This document shows positions 1-10,447 of a DNA stretch of 64,000 bases, piece by piece; position 1 is the stretch's first letter, and each line of letters begins with the position of its first letter. The notes under the pieces were generated by a model that saw nothing but the letters and a program-made list of their open reading frames with translations, was not told where the DNA came from and made no database searches. Position numbers and translations under genes: made by a program. This DNA is from Epithemia pelagica (lineage: Eukaryota; Protista; Bacillariophyta). The stretch is taken from the NCBI GenBank assembly GCA_946965045.2, contig OX337237.1, positions 2,852,001 to 2,916,000 of the forward strand, given 5' to 3'.

Positions 1-73
1 CACAGAACACACCAATTCTAAAGACTGGGAAGGATCCGATGATCGACTGGATCAATCAACAATCTTCCGATCC

Positions 74-662
74 ATGGTAAACTTTTCCGTTACTCTCATT
101 CATGAAAATCCATCAATAGAGCCGCAGAAACACATCAACATGCACTCCAGCTCAACAACCATCAAACGAACCAACCACGAAACAAAGAATGTGAGCATTC
201 CACGTGGAATTGGTGAGCTGACGGACCCTACCTCGCTTGACTTTCCAAATCAATGGTCTTGTGGAGCCAATATTTGAGGCAATATCGAACTTTACAAAAT
301 TGAATTTCGTGAGTTTCCGTTCCAACGTTAGGGCAACCAGTGGCAACGACTTTTCAGGTCTCATTCCTGATCACTTGCTCTCGGCCTTGAGGTTTCTGGA
401 TTTTTCAAAAAATCAAAGGCTGGAGGGTATCATTTCAACCTTGGTTGGGAACCTTCCCGTTTTCACTGTCTTCTACGCCTGTCGCACCATCCGGACAGGC
501 GCCATACGTCTGTCTCTGTGTGGGTCGGCAGAGGGGAGGTCTAGTTTGGTCGTTGTGGATTGCGAAAAAGTGGCGTGCCCGTGTTGCTTGTATTGCTGTC
601 TAGCGTTTGGGGATTGTCCTGGCTTTGACTTTATCAAACTGGAGTACATTACTTACTTCTGA
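74..662 (+). pseudogene. Degenerate 3' end of an LRR receptor gene (last LRRs plus Cys-rich C-terminal cap); 5' part lies left of the window
   Basis: Frames 74..277 and 237..662 give GIGELTDPTSLDF, NFTKLNFVSFRSN, LRFLDFSKNQRLEGII and VVDCEKVACPCCLYCC, the same cap as the other LRR genes here; needs frameshifts to join. Confidence 0.65.
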
Positions 663-1142
663 ACCTTTTGTGAGCGGCAGAAGGAAACCAAAAGGGTCAG
701 AGGTAACAACTACCACAGGTCCCAATGGTCGAGCCATGACACACAAAAGAACCTACTGGGCAAGAGAACCACACACACCACATCATACAACAGCCGTATA
801 GTTCTCAAAACATGCAAACTGCTCTGGACTAGAAAATCTTGGAAGCATATAGTCCTCAATCTCTTGATCTGTCTTGATATGTATTGAAAATTTGCTCTGC
901 TTTTCAATTCCCATCTTTTGTGTTGCGCGGAAAAAGCGTCACCGCGCGTACGCGTACCGCCAAGGGTGCCGTATACGCGCCCGCAGGCCCAGCACACAAA
1001 ACGCAATGCGCCAGTCGCTGTTGAATCACCGATATTATGGAAGTTGCGGTTTGCAGTCCTCTTCATCATCAATCTTCATCCCTGTCTACACGTCGATGAT
1101 GCGACGTTATTGTCAATAGCGTCGTCGATTCCGCATACCGCT

Positions 1143-4100
1143 ATGGAAAACACTCCAGATGACGAGGAACCGTCCCTTGCCCTTGAGGAGCAAATCCCCG
1201 AACATGCGGATTGTGAGTCTTTGACGGCGGCCAACTTTCTTCGTGCCATGGATTCCAACGACCCAGATGTATTGTCGAACTTTGTGTTTCTTTCCAAACA
1301 TGATCCACGGCCGGATTATAAAGGCGAAGATTGTTTCATGTCGCACAGAGGACCCGACACCAAGCGAGATTATGTTGTTCCACTGGCAAAGACATTACGA
1401 GAACTCTACGAGTTCAAGATTTTTGTAGACTGCGAACCAGTCAATGAACTTTCACGGAACGCACTGGATCTTGATAAGGGCGAGGTGATTCGGCACTCGT
1501 TATGGAAATGCCGTGTGGTTCTCGTCTTTTTGTCTCGTGATTTTCATAACTCGAAATGGTGTTTGTTGGAATTGTACACCGCATTGTATCGTCAACGAAT
1601 GGATCTTGAGAACAAAGACTTTGTTCTTCGAATCATATTTTGTGATGATATGGATCCTGACAAGTGCAACGAGATGCCTGCTTACGCTGGGTTGGATCTG
1701 GGTGGAAAACTTTGGGGTTCTTTCGGAGCCGTATACCTATCTGGAAGACTTTGCCGTGGGTTTGCATCCCATTGTACGAGAGATAATTTCGACGGATGAA
1801 GCTTCTCCTCGTTCTCCGGCATCTGAAAAAGAGTTTTTTACGAAATGGCGCCGTCACTGTCCACTCAAAGCTCAGTCCAATAATCTGAAGAATGTGAATC
1901 CCCTCCACCGGAAGCTCCTAATTCTTGGTTTTATGTTACTACTTGGCGGAATTGTGGTGGCGGCTGTGATGTTACCGGACGATCCGACTCCGTTGCCGCC
2001 AACGTTTCCGCCCAGTCCCCCCCCCCCCCCCCACATTGGACCCCAGAACGCAGTCTATCCTCTCTCTAATTCAATCCAAGACTCTGTCCAATGGATCTCC
2101 TCATCGCTATCCAACATCTTCTGTTTCGTCAACAACCTTGGAAGAACAGGCATTGGAGTGGGTAATGGATGACGATCCGGCACAATTGGAAGCGGATTCC
2201 CCGATGGATCAACATCGAATTCTACAACGTTATGCGTTGGCAACACTTTGGTTTCTAGAACGAACTACTGCCGACGACGAGTGGGGCAATGCCTCGGATC
2301 CATCCAACACCACGGGGGGACTGCAAAATTGGTTGTCGGATGCACATGAATGCGAATGGCACATGGTCCTTTGTGAGGAAAAAGGTTTCGATGCCACCAA
2401 GGAAAGCGCCCTTGTGATACGTGGGCTGTCCCTCCATGACCAAGGGTTCCGAGGTCGACCGTCGAACGATCTAGCCCTCTTGTCCCATTTGACAATGCTC
2501 GAGTTATCCGGGAATGAATTGTCGGGACCCTTTCCCTCGGGTATCACGGAACTGACGGCCTTGACGGCCTTGCGATTAAACGGAAATGCCTTGGTTGGTC
2601 CCATTCCCAAGGAAATTGGACGCTTGACGAATTTGCAAATTCTCAATCTCCGTGTCAACGACTTTTTGAATGGGACCATTCCAACCACGGTCGGTCAACT
2701 CACGGAACTCGATACTTTGGATCTGTCCTTCAACCACCTCTCGGGCCCAATTCCTCCAGAAATTTCACGCTTGACAAACCTGATGAGTCTTATTCTACGG
2801 AATAACAGCTTGACAAACACCATTCCAGAAGACATTGTTCAATTGAGCATGCTGCGAACCTTGGATGTTTCATCCAACAATCTCGTGGGTCAATTTCTGG
2901 TCGAGGGAGTGTCCAGTAATGTAGGGCTTTTGCCCATGCTTCGTTCGCTCTAGCTCTCTTTCAACGAATTCTCTGGTCCATTTCCATCGGTCATTACTCA
3001 AATGGTCACATTGACTGATTTACGACTGGATAGTAATGCCTTTACCGGTCCCTTTCCCAATGAGATTGGACAATTGATAAATTTGGAATTTCTCGATCTT
3101 GGGGAAAACTTTTTCAATGGTACCATTCCAACGAATATCGGTGCACTCGCCCAGCTGACAGCATTGCGTCTTTTCGCAAATCAACTTTCCAGCAACATTC
3201 CTTCTTCCATATCTGCGCTGACGAAACTCAAGTTCTTGGACTTTTCTTTCAACAAGATGAGCGGCGACATTCCAAGTACCATCGGTCAATTGAGTCAGCT
3301 TGTATCTCTGAATATAACAAACAACAATCTACGTGGCCCTATTCCTGATGCGATCGCAGACTTGACGAATCTGACTTTGTTGTCCTTGGATACCAACGGT
3401 TTGACGGGTGCGATTCCCAATGGCGTGGGGCAACTAGCCCAATTGACGTATTTGTCACTTCATTCCAATCAACTTGTCGGATCAATCCCCAACGAAATTG
3501 CAAGCTTGACGAATCTGATTCATTTGAGCTTTGACACAAAGAGTTTGGATGGCAAAAATGGTTTGACAGGTTCTATTCCAACTGGTATTGGTGAACTGAC
3601 TCATTTGACTCATTTGGCGTTTAATGGCAACAGTCTTTCGGGACCTATCCCAGACGAGATTGCAAGTTTGACAAACCTTTCTTGGCTGACTTTTTCCAGA
3701 AATGGTTTGAATGGGACTGGGGAACTCAGCCAGTTAGACTATGTGTCGTTCCATTTCAATCGTCTTTCAGGTCCGATTCCCGACGAAATTGGAAGCTTGA
3801 CAAATCTCGTCTCCCTTCTCTTCATTAGCAATCGTTTGAGCGGCACTATTCCGACCGAGGTTGCAAAACTCACCAACCTGGAGCTTCTCAGTATGAGAGA
3901 TAATCAACTCAGTGGATCTATTCCAAGTGACATTGGTGAACTGAGCCAACTCACATACTTGAATGTGAAATATAATGATTTGAGTAGTCCTATTCCGGGT
4001 GGTATTTCCCTCTTGACCAATTTGGAAACTCTGGACATGAGCATCAATCCTCGTCTGGACGGTACCATTCCGAGCTCGATTACAGACCTGCCTCGTTTGG

Positions 4101-4279
4101 CGTGCTTCTTATCCTATCGTACCAATTTAACAGGATCCATGCCACACTGCAGTGGTGTCGGTCAGAGCAGCTCTGTGTTTCTGGTGACGGATTGTGACAC
4201 TGTACTTTGTCCTTGTTGCACGAATTGTTGTCCAACTGCGTTGAATGGAATTCCTCAATACCCAAATTGCCAAGAGTAG
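1143..4279 (+). pseudogene. TIR-TM-LRR receptor (type II, reversed Toll-like order), interrupted in this assembly by two frameshifts and one in-frame TAG
   Basis: ATG 1143; TIR DCFMSHRGPDTKR...IFVD...VLVFLSRDFHNSKWCLLELY; frameshift near 1730; TM KLLILGFMLLLGGIVVAAVML (~1912-1974); C16 run 2017-2032 shifts frame; ORFs 2036..2953 and 3002..4279 share a frame with TAG 2951-2953 inside an LRR; ~20+ plant-type LxxLxLxxNxLxGxIP repeats; cap TDCDTVLCPCCTNCC. Confidence 0.85.
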
Positions 4280-5271
4280 CAGAAGATTACTGAATACCAC
4301 AATGCGTTTCCCTTGGAGCAAAGAGGATTCGCGTTGGGGGAGTTGCACGGAACTAATTTCATCGCACCACTCTTTCTACGAATGGTGTTTCATGTTGGGC
4401 ATTTTGGACTGAAACCAAGCCATTTTTGGCAAACGACACTCTTGGATTGGGAGCACAGATCGATCAAACTGTCATTCTTCCATCAAACCGACCGCTGTTT
4501 GTTGTGGCAGTGGATTCATGGTCGATTGTATCGCGACGAAACGATACATATGGTTGCTTGGTTGAAACTGGAAACAGATTTGAGGGTTCCTGTGGACATG
4601 GAACTGCGTGAGGGGACTGACGGTGATGGAGCACACAAAAGCTCATGTGGATGTCCCCCCATTTCTCGGCATTTGTCGGCGCCCAACACATTGCAAGGCG
4701 GATCCCACAGCAAAGGCTGCTGCGGTGGCAAGATTTCACAACTAACAACAAACGCAAAGGCGACCACATTGGATACTACTACATGTACAATCTTCTCGAT
4801 GGACGGCTGAAAGGCCCAAGGCGACCACATTGGATACTATCGAGGGGGCGTGTTTGGGACGACTGTCAACCGAGATTCATACACGAGGCGATTCCTCGGT
4901 TTTGGTCTCCCTCTATTCGTTGTTCCGACTCATTCCACACAGCCCTATAGCTAGACGACGATGACTGGCGGTTGTATTAGTGGCATGGCTTTTGTTCCCT
5001 CACCAAACATCTGTGTTCGTTCGACAAATCGGTGCGGAGGATAGGATATCTAGATTGATCGACTGAATTGGTTGCTACTCTCCTCTCTTGCACACAGAAA
5101 GGTCGCTGCAACTTCCGGTAATGGAATCAAAACGTACGAAATCTTTCTACTACTCAGAGTATTGTCACGATAAAACATCCTTTTTCATATTGCATTATCA
5201 CACAGCAATAGCTCTGATATGATCATATTAGATACAGATTCTTTCGATATGAGGCAAGCATCCCAAGTCAC

Positions 5272-5362
5272 GGATGTCGGAGGATATTGCAGATGTCGGA
5301 TGATGTCGGATGATGTCGGATGATGTCGGATGATGTCGGATGATGTCGGAGGATGTCGGATG
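5272..5362. repeat. Left subterminal array of 10-bp GGATGATGTC units
   Basis: About 8 near-perfect tandem units seen directly. Confidence 0.9.
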
Positions 5363-5929
5363 TTTTTATCGCCAACAGAAGCTCTACTCTCCAGCACTTG
5401 GTAGTCTTCAACAGAAAACACACGACTGATTGACGGTAGGCCCATGGCGAAAGACATTTCAAAAGGCCCAAAAGGTATTGTTTGAAAAGACATTTCAAAA
5501 GGCCCATAACATATTTGTTGAAAGGACACTTCATATCACGCCCATCACGCGATCTTATTTTTAAAAGACACAATCAATGCCGTATTTTGCAATGACTCTC
5601 TACTACCGGTACGAGTACGAGTAGGTGTTGGGGATATGGGGATGAGATCGCGCCCTACAGACTGTCATAGATGAAAAGACCCCAGACCTATACCTAGCCA
5701 CATGACCGCTCTTTTTTTACGATGAGTATGCGCAATGTGCACGATGAGAGCAGCAGAGGAGAGGAGAGGCCTACACACTGCACAAACCTAGGTAGAAGAG
5801 GGCAAGTCTTTCTGATAAGTGCTGCACCCAAGCCAATGGTAACTAGTAGCACACCAATCCGATGCCCATCTATGACTCGGAGACAATGAACACCGGTAAA
5901 TTCATTACTTCTTATTCTTGTTATTGATG

Positions 5930-6880
5930 CTACCTCAGTTTGCTCAACCTGTCCTCTTTTTGTTTACGATTCCAGTTTATCTGTTTGGCAGTTCGCATTT
6001 CCTGATAAATGTGCTCACGAAAGACTTTGAGAGGAAAGTCTTGGTACACATCACGTGACAGCCATAGAACCTTGGGCTTGATGCTTTGTGGCTCCTCATC
6101 ATTCCTGATTTTGACACCCTGTGATGCGAGGAAAGCAAGATCACGGAGAAGTATTTGTTTTGCAAAAGAGTGCTGCCATTTTGGATACTGAATCCAATGG
6201 CCGTGAATGTCAATTCGTTGCGCGTTCATCTTTGACTGATACCTTGATTGTATCATGTGATGTTGCAGTGCTTTTGCATGTTCATCTGATTTCACTTGGA
6301 CTTTGTAAATTCGCTCACGCATACGTTTGAGGTTATTTGCAAAATCTGAGTAAAGCTTAAAACGTTCGTCGAATGCCATCATTTCTTCAGTGGAAAGCTC
6401 AACACCTTCCTCATCGCGGTCAAAACCAGCTTCAATCAATTCTTGTAAGTGTTCTTTTGCCAAACTCTTTCTCCATGCAGGAGCCACAGGATTTGCCAAT
6501 CGAGCCTCTTTTAATCTCGTTGTGAAGAGTTTCATTGGGATCCTTTTGAAGAGTGCATGAGAATCTCTGATATCCTTTGCTGACCGTTGGCGTCCATCTT
6601 TGCGGTCCTCTCGATCCTTAACGAACAAGTCCAATAGAACATCACCCATACAAGCTTCCCATTCTACCTCAAATGCAGCATCAAGTTTAGATAGGAAATA
6701 TTTCAATGGCACTGTTTGGAATCTCATGTCAAGCTTTCGGATTTGATGAGCAGTTTTTGCTTGGCCGTTGGCATCGAGATGGAGGCTGTCCCTTAGTATT
6801 TTTCTCATGACCGACTCTGCTCCACCAGCAGCCCAAATCTCGCTATGTTCATCTCTTCTATGCACAGGTAGAGTACTCAT
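5930..6880 (-). CDS. Transposon accessory protein with repeated helical (Myb/HTH-like) modules, probable DNA-binding partner
   Basis: ATG at 6880 (the listed 6955 start is TTG); internal repeats WRKSLAKEHLQELI / WQHSFAKQILLRDL and FQTVPLKYF / FKRIPMKLF / YQDFPLKVF; Harbinger elements typically carry a Myb-like partner. Confidence 0.6.
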   Translation of the reverse strand: MSTLPVHRRDEHSEIWAAGGAESVMRKILRDSLHLDANGQAKTAHQIRKLDMRFQTVPLKYFLSKLDAAFEVEWEACMGDVLLDLFVKDREDRKDGRQRSAKDIRDSHALFKRIPMKLFTTRLKEARLANPVAPAWRKSLAKEHLQELIEAGFDRDEEGVELSTEEMMAFDERFKLYSDFANNLKRMRERIYKVQVKSDEHAKALQHHMIQSRYQSKMNAQRIDIHGHWIQYPKWQHSFAKQILLRDLAFLASQGVKIRNDEEPQSIKPKVLWLSRDVYQDFPLKVFREHIYQEMRTAKQINWNRKQKEDRLSKLR

Positions 6881-7096
6881 AACTTTATGCCATTTCGTCT
6901 TGTTGACATAAAGGAACAGAACAACACACCACGAGCAAGCAACAACAGGCTTCAAAGTTCACATGTACGATTTGATTCAGCGATCTGTAATCTTGGTTCG
7001 TATTTTTGAGCAAGATTGACTTTGCCATCCCCGACTAGTCGCCAAATCCACACAATCGAAAAACACAAGTGGTGAAACAGTCTCACAATCACTTGC

Positions 7097-8299
7097 ATGG
7101 TGGGGAAACCTCCTACACTCAATTTTGAGCAGCGACAACTAATTCTAAAACACATTGAAAAACATCCAGAAAAAGGACTGACAGAGTTGTTCGCTGATCA
7201 AAGTCTCCGACCTCTGCTCCCCAGAACTAAGACAGAACGCTCAGCTTTCTCTCAATATCGTTGTCGTCGTCTCAGAGACAGGAAATCTCCACTGTTGTCT
7301 GCTCAACGAAAATACGTGCAAACCTGCCTTGAACATAAGGTGTTGATCAACACAGAGAACCTCCGCTTACGTACAATCGAGTCAGAGCTTGAACACCTCA
7401 ATATGTCAATGCTGGAATCAAAAGATGAAGAATACTACAACAAGTTGTTGAATGCACGCAAGAAACCTACGGCTCTACCAATGAAGAGTACGGAAAGTAA
7501 TCCGTTTTCATCTTCGATTGCGGGTGATACTGAGGAAAGCAACAATTTGGGCAAGAAGATAGTACTCCATCTTCATGGAGGACTGATTTTTGTTCTTCTC
7601 TGGATTGATGCGAAGGTAGATGCTGGATCCTATGAACTAAAGATCTGTGATGATGGATATGGGGTGATTGAACGCAAGAAGAAACCTGCCCCATCAAGTG
7701 CACGAGAGCTGATTGAAGGATTGTATCCGTCATGGGCGCACAACGAGACAAACTTTGTTGTCAAAGCCTTGAATGAGGAGATTAGCCGCCAAGCGCCAGA
7801 GCCAAATGAGTGGGAAGAGCAAACAATCATTGTTTTTCAAGAAGAGGTCATGCGTGATTTCTATGATATGGAAGGAAACACGGTCTCAACTGGACGTTAT
7901 TATCAAAGTGAAGATGGACGACAAATGCTTTCATTCTTTCTACAGACAGTTGCTTCACAGAAGAAGCAAACAGAAGCAGTTGTCTTTGAGATGGCAGCTA
8001 ATTCTGGATTGTCTGTTGATTTGGATATGGATGACCATGTGACCGTTTCCAACTCAGAGCTTCTGGAGGAGGTCGATGCACGCATGATGGCACAGGCAGC
8101 TCGATTGGTTAGGCAAGCAGAAGAGTCCGAACAGAGAATGAAGGACCAAATGGCTCAACAGATGAACATGCTTTCTCAAATGATGACGCAACAAATGGGT
8201 GAGCAGTTTGCCAAACTGCAGATGAATTCACAGCAGCAGCAGCATCTTTATCCGGACAATTCTTCCCCTGTCTTTCCCGACCAGGCTGGGTCATCGTGA
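7097..8299 (+). CDS. Hypothetical 400-aa protein inside the Harbinger-like element
   Basis: Clean ATG ORF with basic N-terminus and Q/M-rich coiled-coil C-terminus; divergent from 5930..6880 and convergent with the transposase. Confidence 0.6.
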   Translation: MVGKPPTLNFEQRQLILKHIEKHPEKGLTELFADQSLRPLLPRTKTERSAFSQYRCRRLRDRKSPLLSAQRKYVQTCLEHKVLINTENLRLRTIESELEHLNMSMLESKDEEYYNKLLNARKKPTALPMKSTESNPFSSSIAGDTEESNNLGKKIVLHLHGGLIFVLLWIDAKVDAGSYELKICDDGYGVIERKKKPAPSSARELIEGLYPSWAHNETNFVVKALNEEISRQAPEPNEWEEQTIIVFQEEVMRDFYDMEGNTVSTGRYYQSEDGRQMLSFFLQTVASQKKQTEAVVFEMAANSGLSVDLDMDDHVTVSNSELLEEVDARMMAQAARLVRQAEESEQRMKDQMAQQMNMLSQMMTQQMGEQFAKLQMNSQQQQHLYPDNSSPVFPDQAGSS

Positions 8300-8390
8300 A
8301 ACGAGATGGGCAGTAGGTCAGCGATGCCTCCCGATTCAATGATTGAACTTGGAAATGAGATCAACAACAGTATTCAATACTTACAATCTT

Positions 8391-8637
8391 TGTGAAAGTG
8401 ATAAAGCTTGCATGTTCCCTAAATACCAGACTAGTAGTACTATTCCTTTTCTTATATGAGAGTTACGGTTCATAGAGAGGAAAACCGTTTTCCATGCACT
8501 TTTTGAATCGATCACCGCTTACAGGCCCACCCTTGTGCCAAAATGTCTCCTTGAGCACACCAAAGCTTTTCAATCTTCCGTCGTAGTGTTCAATATGAGC
8601 ACGATATTTATGTTTGAAGGTCTTCTCCTCATCTTTG
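8391..8637 (-). repeat. Degenerate tandem duplicate of the transposase 3' end and 3' flank
   Basis: TTGTGAAAGTGATAAAGC...CCCTAAATACCAGACTAGTAGTACTA...GAGAGTTACGGTTCATA recurs at ~8391 and ~8637; ORF 8463..8654 repeats RAHIEHYDGRLKSFG...ENGFPLYEP. Confidence 0.85.
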
Positions 8638-8707
8638 TGAAAGTGATAAAGCATGCATGTTCCCTAAATACCAGACTAGTAGTACTAGTCCTATTCTTAT
8701 ATGAGAG

Positions 8708-9766
8708 TTACGGTTCATAAAGAGGAAAACCGTTTTCCAATGAAAGAAATACAATCACATTTATGGCATGCATAACAATCTTATGCTTTTCGAATCGATC
8801 ACCGCTTACAGGCCCACCCTTGTGCCGAAATGTCTCCTTGAGCGCACCAAAGCTTTTCAATCTTCCATTGTAGTGTTCAATACGAGCACGATGTTTACGT
8901 TTGAAGGCCTTTTCCTCATAAGTCTCGAACTTGTTGGCTGTGATGACTTCTTCCACACCTTGATACCCCAGGTCTCCTAGAAGGTATCTCCCTTGCGGCA
9001 CTCTACCTTTTAGACCTTCCTCATTGTACACCTTTGTGTCATTCTTCCCGGCCTTAAACGGACCATTAACCCAAATTGGTTTACCAGTCAAATCAAGCAC
9101 AATTTCCCATGCAAAACCAGCTTTGTTCAATTTGTGACTCTTCATTCCTTTGTCAAAGGGAAACTCAGGGTGTTGGACACGGGGCTCATAGCTGCCTGCA
9201 TGCAAGCCATCAACTACACCAATAATGAGATCTTCTCCCATTTCGGCAACAGTTGGAAAAATGATAAGCACATCAAACAAGGTCCCAATGGTTCTTGCGT
9301 AGTACATGCACCATTTCCGAACTGTCTTATCAGAGAGATTGAATCTCCCAGCGAGTTCAGCCTCTTTGCTGTAGCATTTCAGCCAATTAAGACACATGAA
9401 AAAGTGTCGGAGGCTGCGAACAGAATCAATCTCCCGAATTTGCCACCATAACACCGCATAGACAAGAGGATGCACACCATAGGATGCCCGAAACCATGTT
9501 ACAAGTTGGGCAAAACAGTTTTGGCGCTGTCGTTCATCAAAACCAACAAGCATCAAACCTATTTGAAGGATATCTGTTATGGAGAGGTTGTCGATCTCCA
9601 TGGCCATTCTGGTTTCTTGGCAGTAGCATGTTCGAATCTCATCGTCAAGAAGTCTTGGATAGATCCCAGATCGCAGGTTGCAGAAGTCTTGGATCGCTGA
9701 ATCAACTGAATGAGCACCGCTGGAAATTGAAACAAACCATGTTTCCGCGCGAGCCCGAAACGACAT
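8708..9766 (-). CDS. PIF/Harbinger-type DDE transposase (DDE_Tnp_4/HARBI1-like)
   Basis: IIGVVDG, KSHKLNKAGFAWEI, VNGPFKAGKNDTK, LGDLGYQG, RARIEHYNGRLKSFGAL motifs; N-terminal helix-turn-helix-like segment LAGRFNLSDKTVRKW. Confidence 0.85.
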   Translation of the reverse strand: MSFRARAETWFVSISSGAHSVDSAIQDFCNLRSGIYPRLLDDEIRTCYCQETRMAMEIDNLSITDILQIGLMLVGFDERQRQNCFAQLVTWFRASYGVHPLVYAVLWWQIREIDSVRSLRHFFMCLNWLKCYSKEAELAGRFNLSDKTVRKWCMYYARTIGTLFDVLIIFPTVAEMGEDLIIGVVDGLHAGSYEPRVQHPEFPFDKGMKSHKLNKAGFAWEIVLDLTGKPIWVNGPFKAGKNDTKVYNEEGLKGRVPQGRYLLGDLGYQGVEEVITANKFETYEEKAFKRKHRARIEHYNGRLKSFGALKETFRHKGGPVSGDRFEKHKIVMHAINVIVFLSLENGFPLYEP

Positions 9767-9840
9767 CAAACGACATCAAACGACATCAAACAACATCAAA
9801 CGACATCCCTCACGACATCAAACGACATCCCTCACGACAT
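9758..9840. repeat. Right subterminal array of 10-bp AACGACATCA units
   Basis: Tandem units whose reverse complement shares GATGTCG with the left array. Confidence 0.9.
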
Positions 9841-10447
9841 TCCCGTTTGTTCCATACTAGAGATTGGGAAACCATACTCTATTGTTTCATAATACGTATT
9901 TTGTATTAATATCGATCCTTTGTCGAAGAAGTTCTTGGTCTTGTCCTCTGGGTATTGCTAGCGGATATGGGACTCACGGGTAGTTACCGGAAGTTGCTGT
10001 CTTGTCGACAGGGGCTTTTCTTTCGTCGGGATGCGATGCACTCTTGGCCGTACTCTCTAACTAAGATCTCCGGTACATAGCACAAAGAGTGTCCATAGCT
10101 TTTTAACAACGATCCATCTCCACGGACAACAACAATTCTGGGGGACCGACACTTTCCATCGGGTGTGAATGAATATCAATTATGTAAAACTCATTCTTGT
10201 AAGCACTCCATTTCAATGGGGTGTGGTACAACCAACAGAAAGGATTCTTCTTTTGTTGTGTCAGTAGACAGATCTTTTTGGCGCTACTGTGACAGTTGAC
10301 CATGATGCTCTGAGACGAGGACCGCATCATCATTCCTAAAACAGAAACAACAGACACTGCCAGATTATCCCCGCGAGACAAACGAGAAGATCCTCCCGTG
10401 CTGATCGTTGCTGCGAAAGACACCACTGCCTCCAGATCGAGAGGACA

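Larger units (their letters stand above)
5156..9880. mobile_element. PIF/Harbinger-superfamily DNA transposon with three ORFs (boundaries tentative)
   Basis: DDE_Tnp_4-like transposase at 8708..9766; inverted subterminal arrays sharing core GATGTCG; candidate short TIR AGAGTATTGT (5156-5165) vs ACCATACTCT (9871-9880), 9/10 match; no TSD found. Confidence 0.6.

Noticed and set aside
918-1142. N-terminal extension of the first receptor with an extra hydrophobic segment
   Set aside because: Relies on a non-ATG start; homology to the paralog begins after ATG 1143
4313-4950. ORFs 4313..4810 and 4645..4950 with a 23-bp direct repeat (AAGGCGACCACATTGGATACTA at ~4757 and ~4818)
   Set aside because: No recognisable domain or consistent frame; possibly a gene remnant but unsupported
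5272-5362. Short repeat arrays (also 9758-9840, 28167-28208, 58749-58857) as CRISPR-like arrays
   Set aside because: Head-to-tail repeats without unique spacers, no cas genes, eukaryotic context
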